From IMG/VR virus record IMGVR_UViG_2974549060_000001, positions 1 through 64,000 of that record: a stretch of 64,000 bases of DNA; one strand, given 5' to 3'. Each line of letters starts with the position of its first letter. The stretch's first letter is position 1. Shown in pieces: positions 39,898 to 48,568 of this stretch. The notes beneath the pieces were generated by a model. That model was not told the DNA's origin. It saw nothing but the letters and a program-made list of their open reading frames with translations, and searched no databases. Source of the DNA: a virus (lineage: Duplodnaviria > Caudoviricetes). Made by a program: the position numbers and the translations under genes.

Positions 39898-40365
39898 TCA
39901 ATCGTCCTCCGAAATGTGTTGCCAAGCTTTACCATTCCTGATTTTAGAAATGCAAGATGGACTGACGTTGAACTGTTTGGCGAGTGCTCGCCCCGTTAAT
40001 TTACTGGATTTAATTTCCAGAATAGCTTCGTTCGTTAGAACTGAGCGACCGTGCTTAATACCATTATTCCCACGGTTTCTGTCGATCTTATCCTGAATAT
40101 TTTGCTGAGTCGTTCCGGTGATCAAGTGGGCTGGGTTTACACATCCCGGATTGTCGCAGGTATGCCTGAGTAATAATCCGGTTGGTATGGGGCCGTTGGC
40201 TAACTCGTAGCTAAAGCGATGAGCTGCAACGAATCTGGGAGGATCCCATATTTTCCCGTAACCATTCGTGTTTTTTGCCCCCAACCATTCCCAACAGGAA
40301 TCATCAGGGGTGATGTCCACTTTAGGCCAGAAGCGTTCTACAGTAGGCTTCGGCTTTACAGACAT
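39898..40365 (-). CDS. Free-standing HNH endonuclease (NUMOD-type C-terminal HTH)
   Basis: CWEW..GYG..AHRFSY..LLRHTCDNPGCVNPAHL. Confidence 0.9.
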   Translation of the reverse strand: MSVKPKPTVERFWPKVDITPDDSCWEWLGAKNTNGYGKIWDPPRFVAAHRFSYELANGPIPTGLLLRHTCDNPGCVNPAHLITGTTQQNIQDKIDRNRGNNGIKHGRSVLTNEAILEIKSSKLTGRALAKQFNVSPSCISKIRNGKAWQHISEDD

Positions 40366-40366
40366 A

Positions 40367-41539
40367 TTAATCCTCGTCGGGCATTTTGAAATGCACGGCT
40401 TGTCCGAATGGGGGGATGAAGTTCGGATTGTTGTAAATTGCCCAGATCACTGGCTTACCAGGATTAGGGACACTATGGAGATGGGCTATATAACCATCAG
40501 TTAGGACGATGAGCCATTTTGAGCCATCTTTGGTATAAGACTGCATCAGCTCGTCGATGACTGTACCACCACCACCACCCATTTCAATTTTCAGCAGGGC
40601 TTTCAAATTACGGACACGGTTTTTGCTTACCAGCTTGTGGTCGAATTGCATAACGTCGATGTAGTCCGGGTTGAAGCCTTTCAGGACATGGTGAGTTTCA
40701 CTTACGAAGAAGTTAAACACCTTTTCCGAGACGGAACCGGATACGTCCCAACCGAAAGAGCCTGGGCCTAAACCAGGAGAATATTGGCTTGGCAAATACA
40801 TACCCATTGGTTGATAACGACGATTAGGTCTTGACCAGCTAAAGTCACCTTTAGTCATGGCAAACATCAGACGACGAAGCACACGCTGCCAGGGAATGGC
40901 AGGCTTAAGGATACCGTCGATCAGACGCTGTAAGTCCGGGCCGATATTGCTTGGCATTTTGCCAGCCATCTCTGCCATCGCCTTACCACGCATAACCAGT
41001 TCTTCGACCTGCTGTTTGATCTGCTGACGTACTTCCTGCTCTTTCGGGCCTTTCGGCTCACGTAAGTCAGGTAGGGCACATCCAGCCATAGTACCACCGC
41101 CGCCAGCACCACCATTGGCTTTGTCCTCTTCTTCCAGTAGGCGATACACCTGCATAGTTGAGAGGTTGCGATACTGGGGATCGCAGAGGCCACCGGCAGG
41201 CATCTTCATGCCTACACTGGTGAGGATAAGGTTAATTACATGGTCAGCCGCACGGTTCCAACGGTCGGGATCCATACCTTTGGCACGTTCGGTGCAGTGC
41301 TCAAATGCAATATGCAGCCCCTCATGAGCAATCAGAAATTCACGCTCATCGTTGGTCAGCTTGCCGAAGAACTCTTCGTTGTAATAGCAGTTGAGGCCAT
41401 CGGTGTACGCCGTCTGATTATCCGGGCTGTTGTCCACCAGATGTTTACTACCCATGATGATATGGGTGAAGAAGATCATTTCTTCTTTAGTCAAAAGACC
41501 AATTTTGGCCTTCGACATGAGTTTTCGGAAGTCCATCAT
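40367..41539 (-). CDS. Metallopeptidase-like plus VWA domain protein (N4 gp25-like)
   Basis: TAYTDG, LIAHEGLHI (HExxH), DVSGSV MIDAS, GGGGT, LTDG. Confidence 0.88.
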   Translation of the reverse strand: MMDFRKLMSKAKIGLLTKEEMIFFTHIIMGSKHLVDNSPDNQTAYTDGLNCYYNEEFFGKLTNDEREFLIAHEGLHIAFEHCTERAKGMDPDRWNRAADHVINLILTSVGMKMPAGGLCDPQYRNLSTMQVYRLLEEEDKANGGAGGGGTMAGCALPDLREPKGPKEQEVRQQIKQQVEELVMRGKAMAEMAGKMPSNIGPDLQRLIDGILKPAIPWQRVLRRLMFAMTKGDFSWSRPNRRYQPMGMYLPSQYSPGLGPGSFGWDVSGSVSEKVFNFFVSETHHVLKGFNPDYIDVMQFDHKLVSKNRVRNLKALLKIEMGGGGGTVIDELMQSYTKDGSKWLIVLTDGYIAHLHSVPNPGKPVIWAIYNNPNFIPPFGQAVHFKMPDED

Positions 41540-42074
41540 CGTTACCTTTCAGTAGTCGGAGGGTTTTAAGTTCGACTGCCTCTTGGGTCAGTTCTCGCCA
41601 GGGAAGCTGGCTGAGGAACCTATCCAGGAGCAGCATATCTTTTTTAATGCCTTCGCGCGTATCAACCACCATCCACTGATGAAGCATGAACATCGTTGGC
41701 CGAAGCCAGTAGTACATGTCCACCCGTGCCCGGTATAGCCCGGACTCTGGTTGCATTGGCTCTTTCGAGGCATTGATGATGCAATGCGGGATATAAGCCT
41801 CGGCCAGTTTCTCACCTGGCTTACCGGCTGTTGGTTTGATATAGCGATTAAAGAGGTAAAGGGGATTAGACTGGAGGTAGTGATCAAATGATAACTGCAT
41901 CTCGTCTTGCAGCGGCAGTATGATCCGCTTTGCCTCTTCCATGTAGAAAGAGGGAACTACCACGATTATCTCTTCGGCTTTTTCGAACTGGGAAGCCCAG
42001 TTCTGTTCGTATTGACTTTTGAAATCACGCCCTGACATGCGAGGCGAGACATTCAGCCACGGATCTTTGCTCAT
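41487..42074 (-). CDS. Hypothetical protein
   Basis: 195-aa ORF within the operon. Confidence 0.65.
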   Translation of the reverse strand: MSKDPWLNVSPRMSGRDFKSQYEQNWASQFEKAEEIIVVVPSFYMEEAKRIILPLQDEMQLSFDHYLQSNPLYLFNRYIKPTAGKPGEKLAEAYIPHCIINASKEPMQPESGLYRARVDMYYWLRPTMFMLHQWMVVDTREGIKKDMLLLDRFLSQLPWRELTQEAVELKTLRLLKGNDDGLPKTHVEGQNWSFD

Positions 42075-42088
42075 GGTAGTCCCTCGAA

Positions 42089-42721
42089 TTAGCCTACGAT
42101 AGAACGGTCTTCTTTACCGTGGATACGGACAATTTCAACTGCTGCCTGATACGGCATCAGCTCGATATTGGAGCTTTCAACCAGTGCAGTTTTGCCACGA
42201 TTCATGATGGCATAAACCAGTGGGTTTACTGAGCTACGGTAGATATCTACCGGGCCGAGTAAGCCTTCTTTGCGATCAACCTGCTGGAAGCGCATTTTGT
42301 TTGCTGGTTCGTCAGCTTTCAGCTCACCGAACATGTGGTTGCACGCCTGACAGTCAGGACGACCACAATGCTTTTCTGGTTTAGCAGCATTAAGCAGGGA
42401 TTCCCGGAAATAGCCCAAAGCATCCAGGGTATCGTCTTGATTAGGATCGAAGATATCTGGGTCTTTGTACTCTGGGTTAACGCCAGCCGGTTCAGCCTGC
42501 ATGGTTGCAGTTTCTTCGGCACCAGGCTTAGCAGGGTCAACTGCTACGCGTGGTTTCACGCTCACTTCCATATCGGCAGCAGCAGCCGCAGCAGCTACGG
42601 CTTGCTCTACGATGTTACGCAGATTGCCATAATGATCCTGACGAGCACGAATCAGTGCCAGCTCGATAGCCATGCTTTTCAGAGATTCCGGGAGTGAAGC
42701 AAAGGTGTGAATTAAGGGCAT
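42089..42721 (-). CDS. Hypothetical protein
   Basis: 210 aa; GGAG SD; HCGRPDCQAC cluster. Confidence 0.65.
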   Translation of the reverse strand: MPLIHTFASLPESLKSMAIELALIRARQDHYGNLRNIVEQAVAAAAAAADMEVSVKPRVAVDPAKPGAEETATMQAEPAGVNPEYKDPDIFDPNQDDTLDALGYFRESLLNAAKPEKHCGRPDCQACNHMFGELKADEPANKMRFQQVDRKEGLLGPVDIYRSSVNPLVYAIMNRGKTALVESSNIELMPYQAAVEIVRIHGKEDRSIVG

Positions 42722-42763
42722 TGACTGTCTCCAATTAAGTTTGGGGCCGAAGCCCCAGGGGGA

Positions 42764-43834
42764 TTAATGCCAGATCTGAGAGCTGTTACGCTTGATCCAG
42801 TCTGTCATTGCAGTATGGGATGAGAGTTTCATATCACGAGCCAGAATATGGCGGAATGTGATTACCTGATACTCCATGTCCATACGTTCGATGTACGGCA
42901 CGAGCTTGTCGATATTCTTATCCGTGGCGTGCTGAGCCAGAGAACCGGCCAGAGCATAAACCAGAGAAGGATTATCGTCAGAGTCCGGGCAATGTGCTTT
43001 CATTGGGTCAGCAATGATATCGGCTAGCTTAGGAATGCTGTCGAATACTTTACAGAACGCCATAAATTCAGCACCCACACCGGAGGACACACAACCGCCA
43101 ATTAATGGCAGGTCATGGTCTTCGATACGCTCACCACGGATCAGTTTGTCCAGAAACATCCAGGTACGCGGAGCAGCGAACGTCAGATCGTCATGGTCAG
43201 GATTGAACTGGTGAACATAGTCTGGCTTGAACTCCAGGAACGCAGCGATGCGATAATCAATACCCTGTTTCAGAGCATACTTCATGAAGCATTCCAGATC
43301 GGTATGCACCAGGAAGTTGATCATACGAGACTGCAACGGAGTAGGTAACGGATTGACAATGGCACCATCATCTTCCAGGTTACCAGCAGCCACCAGCAAT
43401 GCACGGGAGTGCAGCTTATGTTGCCCGACCATCTTGTCGAGGATCAGTTTAAACGCCGCAGCCTGTACGGACGGAGCCGCAGACGGCAACTCATCCAGCA
43501 ATACCAACCAACCATTATAGGTGTGGGTGATATTGCCTTCTTTGTCGCGGATAACCGGCAGTTCATCGCCTTCGATTGGGAACACGTCGAACGGTACATA
43601 CTCCGCAATGTTGCGGGCACCGGACGTATTGAAGTACGGCAGGCCGTTCATGTCAGCCGGGTCATACGTACTGAGGCGAACGTCAATCAGCAGCAGGTTA
43701 AATTTGAGTGCGATAGAACGCATGATATCGGACTTACCGATAGCCGGTGAACCGTGCAGCATTGGCACCAGTTGTTTTTTCAGAACACGTTCAACGAATG
43801 GTACAGCTTTGTCTAAACGTACTTTGGTAGTCAT
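42764..43834 (-). CDS. MoxR-like AAA+ ATPase (N4 gp24-like)
   Basis: GSPAIGKS, LLDEL, AAGN, LQSR, PRTW. Confidence 0.9.
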   Translation of the reverse strand: MTTKVRLDKAVPFVERVLKKQLVPMLHGSPAIGKSDIMRSIALKFNLLLIDVRLSTYDPADMNGLPYFNTSGARNIAEYVPFDVFPIEGDELPVIRDKEGNITHTYNGWLVLLDELPSAAPSVQAAAFKLILDKMVGQHKLHSRALLVAAGNLEDDGAIVNPLPTPLQSRMINFLVHTDLECFMKYALKQGIDYRIAAFLEFKPDYVHQFNPDHDDLTFAAPRTWMFLDKLIRGERIEDHDLPLIGGCVSSGVGAEFMAFCKVFDSIPKLADIIADPMKAHCPDSDDNPSLVYALAGSLAQHATDKNIDKLVPYIERMDMEYQVITFRHILARDMKLSSHTAMTDWIKRNSSQIWH

Positions 43835-43838
43835 GAGA

Positions 43839-44588
43839 TTAACCCTGTAAGAAATACTGGTGAACCAGTTGATTGATTAAACGAACGCCAATAGAGCTGT
43901 GCTCATGGGCGATACGGACTTGTGCTTTGATGTGCTTACAGACTGTCTTCGGGTTCTTATTGAACACGTCGCAGTAAGCAGGTATCAGTTTGTTGGCATC
44001 AACGGCAGATTCCATCGACTCCAGGCTGATACGACTGGTTTGAAACAAGAGCGAGACACGGCCCAGGAACTCGGTGCGTACACCCATTTCCCGGAGCTTA
44101 TCTTCGCTGAGATCAGTTTGACCATTGAATGCCCCGGCGAAGACGAATAACGTCTTACCTACGTTCACTTTTTTGTAGTGGCCGTAGTCACCGAATACGC
44201 TGGCAGTTTCACTTTCCAGCATGGTCAGAAATTCGTTCTGGACACCGGCCAGTGCTTCATGAGTGTTATCACTCGCACCATTGGTGAACAGCTTATCGAA
44301 CTCGTCAACAAAGATGACCAGAGCTTTGCTCGGATCCATATTGCCTAACGGAGTTAGGGCTTTGGATAATGAGTTACCAGACACCCCTTCTTTGGTCAAG
44401 CCAGCGGCATTGATCTCCAGGTAGGGGATCTTGTGCTCTTTGGTCAGAGTTTTGATGAGGTGGGATTTCCCCGTCCCAGATTCACCAGCGAGGATGAAGT
44501 GGGGGCGAATCACACCTTCGGATTTAACGTATGCGTTTAATACGCGGTTCAGAATGCCCGCTACTTGTTCCTGTTCTGGCAGAATCAT
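43839..44588 (-). CDS. ClpX/HslU-like AAA+ ATPase core
   Basis: GESGTGKS, IFVDEFDK, VQNEFL, FAGAF, EFLGRV. Confidence 0.8.
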   Translation of the reverse strand: MILPEQEQVAGILNRVLNAYVKSEGVIRPHFILAGESGTGKSHLIKTLTKEHKIPYLEINAAGLTKEGVSGNSLSKALTPLGNMDPSKALVIFVDEFDKLFTNGASDNTHEALAGVQNEFLTMLESETASVFGDYGHYKKVNVGKTLFVFAGAFNGQTDLSEDKLREMGVRTEFLGRVSLLFQTSRISLESMESAVDANKLIPAYCDVFNKNPKTVCKHIKAQVRIAHEHSSIGVRLINQLVHQYFLQG

Positions 44589-44597
44589 GATGACCTC

Positions 44598-45017
44598 TTA
44601 ACGGCAATCGAATGTGATGGATTGCTGGCCTTTACCAGCAGTACGAAATACGCCGTAGAAACCGGCATACTTGTTTAAGCCTTTGGAATACAACAGGCCC
44701 AGCTTGTCATAGCCAATGGCTGAGCTGGACTTAACGTAAGGCAGGTTCGGTGACACGATGGTGACCACACCTGCACGGTTAATGATGGTGAAGCGGTTGC
44801 CATAGTCACGGACGAAGGCAACGCCCAGATCACGTTCGACACCGTTTTCAACGGCAGAACTCATACACCACACATCAGCCGGGGCGGAGGCAACAGCCGT
44901 AACCTGCGGAGCAGGTGCAGGCGTGTTGACGACGCACCCAGACAGAGAGAGAACAGCGACAGCAACAACAATAAATTTTTTCATGATCGATACCTGAGTT
45001 GGGGAAATAAGATTCAC
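44598..45017 (-). CDS. Predicted lipoprotein
   Basis: MKKFIVVAVAVLSLSGC lipobox (likely start at the second Met). Confidence 0.75.
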   Translation of the reverse strand: MNLISPTQVSIMKKFIVVAVAVLSLSGCVVNTPAPAPQVTAVASAPADVWCMSSAVENGVERDLGVAFVRDYGNRFTIINRAGVVTIVSPNLPYVKSSSAIGYDKLGLLYSKGLNKYAGFYGVFRTAGKGQQSITFDCR

Positions 45018-45049
45018 AAGCCAGACTATTGATAATCCGGCTTAGGGAC

Positions 45050-45301
45050 TTACTCCTGACTGATAATGCAGTCAGCGTAGGTATGTACCAGGTTGCCGGT
45101 CTTGACCGACTTGTAGTAGATACCCGATTGATCGATGGTCACCTTACCGGTTGACTCATCGGTGAAGATCTTCTGACCGCCTGACCAGCATTCAACACTG
45201 GTTTTGCTGCCATAAGAGAACAGGGCCGCTTGATTAGCGTCCGTACAGCCAGCTAACGCAAAGACTACGCAGGCAGTCAACAGAGCAATTACTTTTTTCA
45301 C
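45050..45301 (-). CDS. Predicted lipoprotein
   Basis: MKKVIALLTACVVFALAGC lipobox; two further Cys. Confidence 0.75.
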   Translation of the reverse strand: MKKVIALLTACVVFALAGCTDANQAALFSYGSKTSVECWSGGQKIFTDESTGKVTIDQSGIYYKSVKTGNLVHTYADCIISQE

Positions 45302-45726
45302 TTGGCCTCCTTCAAGGCTTTATCACGACGTTTACAATTCTCTTTCTGGCTTACCAGTTCGAGATGTTTAGGGTTACAGCAGAGCCTATTACGGCATTTA
45401 TGATCCACCTGCTTATTGCCGGGGATATAACCGAAATAGTGAGTAGCCATCACAATGTGAGTGGCACATGTTTGTGAGTTGATGCTGATACGGCCATAGC
45501 CTCCACCACGTCCTTCGCCCGAAGTGGGGCCAGTCCAAACATGACAGGGGGATACGATACCGTTTACTCGGTAACCGCAGTCACGGATATCTACACGCTT
45601 CATAATGCGGTCGCAGATCTCCTGACGACGATCAGGATGGGGATGCTTTTTGGTAATCACTCGGCCTCCAGAAACAGCATGGCTTGTTCCAGGGTGGCCC
45701 GGAAGTCTTCCATCTCGGATTTCCAT
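45298..45726 (-). CDS. HNH (Zn-loop type) endonuclease
   Basis: CHVWTG..YGRI..TH..VDHKCRNRLCCNPKHLELV; true start probably internal. Confidence 0.82.
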   Translation of the reverse strand: MEIRDGRLPGHPGTSHAVSGGRVITKKHPHPDRRQEICDRIMKRVDIRDCGYRVNGIVSPCHVWTGPTSGEGRGGGYGRISINSQTCATHIVMATHYFGYIPGNKQVDHKCRNRLCCNPKHLELVSQKENCKRRDKALKEAK

Positions 45727-45932
45727 AGGACAAGTTCTTTTACTGAGTCAGAATACATTGACCGGCCTTGACGGTCGGTTGAATACCTTTCCTCGTGGAT
45801 ATGGATGACGAAGAGGGTATCAGTCTTCGTCCTGGTTTTCGTAACCGTCACCGTCTTCGTTGAGTTCGAATGGGGGTTCTCGATCACGTTGGTTAAGGTG
45901 TGCATAGAATCCCTCGAACGGTTTGCTTTCAT
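45657..45932 (-). CDS. Hypothetical protein
   Basis: ORF track; start uncertain. Confidence 0.45.
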   Translation of the reverse strand: MKANRSRDSMHTLTNVIENPHSNSTKTVTVTKTRTKTDTLFVIHIHEERYSTDRQGRSMYSDSVKELVLWKSEMEDFRATLEQAMLFLEAE

Positions 45933-46194
45933 CCAGCCTCGTGACTGTCTCCCATCTTCTGAAATGAGAATAGAGATACAGTCGGTCAGTGGCCGTGTTG
46001 TAGGACACCTGTTTTCGATGCTTGAAACGAAGCATCATAGCTTCCCTGAACGTTGGTTCAGGGTTAAGCCAGGTAATCCTACGGTAAACGATGACAATGC
46101 GCTTGGCGTAGTTACTGGGCTTGGATTGCCCGTAATATACCCGGCACCAGAAGGACTTGAGCTTAATCACGCTGCCTCCATGCCAGGAGGGCAT
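45820..46194 (-). CDS. Hypothetical protein
   Basis: 124 aa; coupled to the upstream ORF. Confidence 0.6.
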   Translation of the reverse strand: MPSWHGGSVIKLKSFWCRVYYGQSKPSNYAKRIVIVYRRITWLNPEPTFREAMMLRFKHRKQVSYNTATDRLYLYSHFRRWETVTRLDESKPFEGFYAHLNQRDREPPFELNEDGDGYENQDED

Positions 46195-46568
46195 TACCCC
46201 AGTAACTTAGGGGAATCCGGTGATACTGTGATACAGGCGTGATTGAACTCTTCCGGGTACGTTGGGCACGATTGGTGTTCCCACCATTCTGAGCCATCGT
46301 ATTCACGTCGATCTGACCACGTACCATCCGTATACCAGATGGTTCCATAAAGTTCCTGCCCGCCGAAACCACTATCATAGTTAGTGTTAATACGTCTGAG
46401 GAACTCGTTGTAATCCTGATCAGTGAAACCAGGATATAAGAGCACACGCTCCACATCCTCATCACGCCAGCTACAGTTTGGATCGCCCCAAGAAAGGATT
46501 GCACATTTCACGCTGGATACTTCGCGAACATGGTCTTCAAATTCTTTGCGGGCATTGAGCTTAGACAT
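46194..46568 (-). CDS. Conserved phage hypothetical protein
   Basis: YDSGFGGQELYGTIWYTDGTWSDRREYDGSEWW motif. Confidence 0.7.
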   Translation of the reverse strand: MSKLNARKEFEDHVREVSSVKCAILSWGDPNCSWRDEDVERVLLYPGFTDQDYNEFLRRINTNYDSGFGGQELYGTIWYTDGTWSDRREYDGSEWWEHQSCPTYPEEFNHACITVSPDSPKLLG

Positions 46569-46864
46569 TAATTCTCCACCTCTTCTATGGTTACCAGGAT
46601 GCCTTGTTGCCCTAATAGTCGGGCAATTTCATCGATATCCAGGTAACGAGTTGGTTCGCAGTTCATGGTATGGCCTGCGGGCAGATGTACTTCACGGGCA
46701 CCCAGGTCTTTCAGAAGGGTGTTGTGGTACATCATTACCAGGGAATGCACCGTGTTCTCGTCATACGGATACAGGTGCGCTTTAATTTCAGAGAGTGCTT
46801 CGTTGACGTTATTCGCCGTCCGAAACATTGGCACTGGGGCTAGTGGGATCTGCGATTGCATGTT
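46568..46864 (-). CDS. Hypothetical protein
   Basis: Coupled; start uncertain (MNMQSQ). Confidence 0.55.
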   Translation of the reverse strand, partial: NMQSQIPLAPVPMFRTANNVNEALSEIKAHLYPYDENTVHSLVMMYHNTLLKDLGAREVHLPAGHTMNCEPTRYLDIDEIARLLGQQGILVTIEEVEN

Positions 46865-47396
46865 CATAAACCTTTTTAGAGACACGATGCAATAGCGAAG
46901 CCAGTTGCTCCGGTGTCATGTCCTCCAGTTGAGAGTCAATATCCAGAGCACGTTCTAATTGTTCTGGGGCATAAATTTCCTGGTCGTGCAGGATATCCAA
47001 CATGGTGTGGCCGGACTTCTTCACATACTGGCTTATGAAGCCCCAGAATGCTGGAGTCGGCTGACCATTAGGCGTAAAGAAACCAGCCATGACACGGGCT
47101 TCTAAACCAGCGTAGTCAAGGTTGGGAAGATGCTGTTCATACCCACGAGGGTTAATATGCAGACCTTCTGGTACTAGGCTTGGTATGCGTCCAGTTACCG
47201 TACCGGACAGTTTGAAGGTTTGTCTAAATAGATCCTGCTGAATACGTGCATTGAACTGACGATGTTCATCATCCATCTCCAGCTTAATGGCTCGGACTGC
47301 ACCGACGCGAAGGTTATACATACTGGCAACTTGCCATTCACTGTACTGGCCCAACGCCAGACGGACTTTACGATCCATATCTTTACTTAGGGACAT
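46809..47396 (-). CDS. Hypothetical protein containing Pol A motif-like fragments
   Basis: SGTVTGR and LDYAGLEARVMA segments; HTH-like N-terminus. Confidence 0.65.
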   Translation of the reverse strand: MSLSKDMDRKVRLALGQYSEWQVASMYNLRVGAVRAIKLEMDDEHRQFNARIQQDLFRQTFKLSGTVTGRIPSLVPEGLHINPRGYEQHLPNLDYAGLEARVMAGFFTPNGQPTPAFWGFISQYVKKSGHTMLDILHDQEIYAPEQLERALDIDSQLEDMTPEQLASLLHRVSKKVYEHAIADPTSPSANVSDGE

Positions 47397-47592
47397 TGCT
47401 GTTTCTCCTGAGCTTGTAGCAGCCGTTCACTTCAACGTATTCGTTGTTAAGGAATCGGTCACCAGTGATTAATACTTTTGCCATACGATGCAATACATTA
47501 CGTTTGGCTTCCGGGCTTGCTGTTTTTAATGGCTGCCTATTTGGAAGGCAGTTATTTAAATAGTCAGCGGTAAAATGAGCCAATGTAAACAT
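47383..47592 (-). CDS. Hypothetical protein
   Basis: 69 aa; first gene after the AT-rich intergenic region. Confidence 0.55.
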   Translation of the reverse strand: MFTLAHFTADYLNNCLPNRQPLKTASPEAKRNVLHRMAKVLITGDRFLNNEYVEVNGCYKLRRNSNVPK

Positions 47593-47730
47593 AGGTTTTA
47601 TCCCCTAATTTAAGTTATAGGTAGCTTGATTTAGCCTATAGGTTCGGTTAGTCAGACTGTCTCATTTTGGACTGTTTAACATATAGGTTTAAAACTTTTG
47701 ACACATACTAAGTAAGGTTCAAAACTATAT
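47593..47730 (-). promoter_or_regulatory. AT-rich probable middle (RNAP II) promoter region
   Basis: Non-coding region between a terminator and the middle operon; repeated minus-strand AAACCTAT motif (47591-47598, 47684-47691). Confidence 0.5.
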
Positions 47731-47731
47731 G

Positions 47732-47816
47732 AAAAAATACGGACTCCCTAAGATGGGGAGTCCGGTTCAGGGAAAATGCAAAACTAAGTTATGCAGACGC
47801 GAAAGCGTCAATCCGC
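47732..47816 (-). ncRNA. Candidate ORF-less small RNA (~85 nt)
   Basis: Hairpin-promoter-like element at 47820-47834, 5' stem-loop GACGC-UUUC-GCGUC, and a 9-bp terminator plus U6. Confidence 0.45.
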
Positions 47817-47837
47817 ATTCTGGCCGGAGGCCAGCCA

Positions 47838-48080
47838 TTATTTAAGTTTGAAGCGGAGCGTCTGGGTGTTGTCCTGATGATTCAGTACAGATTGAATCTC
47901 GGCTAGGCCATGATCTTTCAACACCAGAACAGCATCGGCTATGTTGGTGAAATCACCGGCCAGCTCAATGATCTTAAGCCCTAAGAGCTTTTTGGTCTTG
48001 AACTCATCCAGCTTGGCCTGAGTCAGGTATATGATCTGGGTGTTTTGTGTAACATGCTGATAACCTAAGAACTGAGCCAT
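47838..48080 (-). CDS. Early small protein, RTxxLLG-motif family
   Basis: YLTQAKLDEFKTKKLLG. Confidence 0.75.
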   Translation of the reverse strand: MAQFLGYQHVTQNTQIIYLTQAKLDEFKTKKLLGLKIIELAGDFTNIADAVLVLKDHGLAEIQSVLNHQDNTQTLRFKLK

Positions 48081-48082
48081 AT

Positions 48083-48325
48083 CTACTCCCGGTACAATCG
48101 AATAAGGTTATCCTCCCCGTCCTTGTAGACAGCGACACCTACCACACCGAAGGTGGGCAGATGGACTCGCATGACTTCCTCTTGACGATGGGCCGGTGTG
48201 ATACGCACTCCCACTTCTTGTAGTCCAGCTAACAGGCTGGCTTTGGTTGTGGACACCAGGGACAGCGGGATATTCATTCTCCCGACTGGCACGTTGTCAC
48301 TAGGTAGTTTGTGTAAAAGTTCCAT
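48083..48325 (-). CDS. Hypothetical protein
   Basis: 80 aa, GAGG SD. Confidence 0.65.
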   Translation of the reverse strand: MELLHKLPSDNVPVGRMNIPLSLVSTTKASLLAGLQEVGVRITPAHRQEEVMRVHLPTFGVVGVAVYKDGEDNLIRLYRE

Positions 48326-48346
48326 AATTGATACCTCAATGAAATA

Positions 48347-48366
48347 GCCACCCTTCGGGGTGGCTG
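48347..48366. terminator. Stem-loop, probable terminator after RNAP II
   Basis: AGCCACCC-TTCG-GGGTGGCT. Confidence 0.6.
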
Positions 48367-48370
48367 GTGA

Positions 48371-48568
48371 TTATTTTGGGTACTTCGGATCATTCTCTTT
48401 AAGCCAGAGAACGTGCTTATTGTAAACGTTAACCAGACGGTTATACTCACCGCCTGTAACGATGTTGATTACGTCGATGCCACACTGATACATGTACGTG
48501 AGGTTATCGAACGCAATACGTGCTTTTCTGGCTTGACGCTTGTGCCACCAGACTTTAAGAAAGTGCAT
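48371..48568 (-). CDS. Hypothetical protein
   Basis: Start trimmed to MHFLKVWW. Confidence 0.55.
   Translation of the reverse strand: MHFLKVWWHKRQARKARIAFDNLTYMYQCGIDVINIVTGGEYNRLVNVYNKHVLWLKENDPKYPK

Noticed and set aside
48083-48325. Extra RTxxLLG family members (48083 STTKASLLAG; 52626 TEVAASVLG; 55113 YVLRTFW)
   Set aside because: They match only part of the consensus and lack the D-x-h-R-T core.
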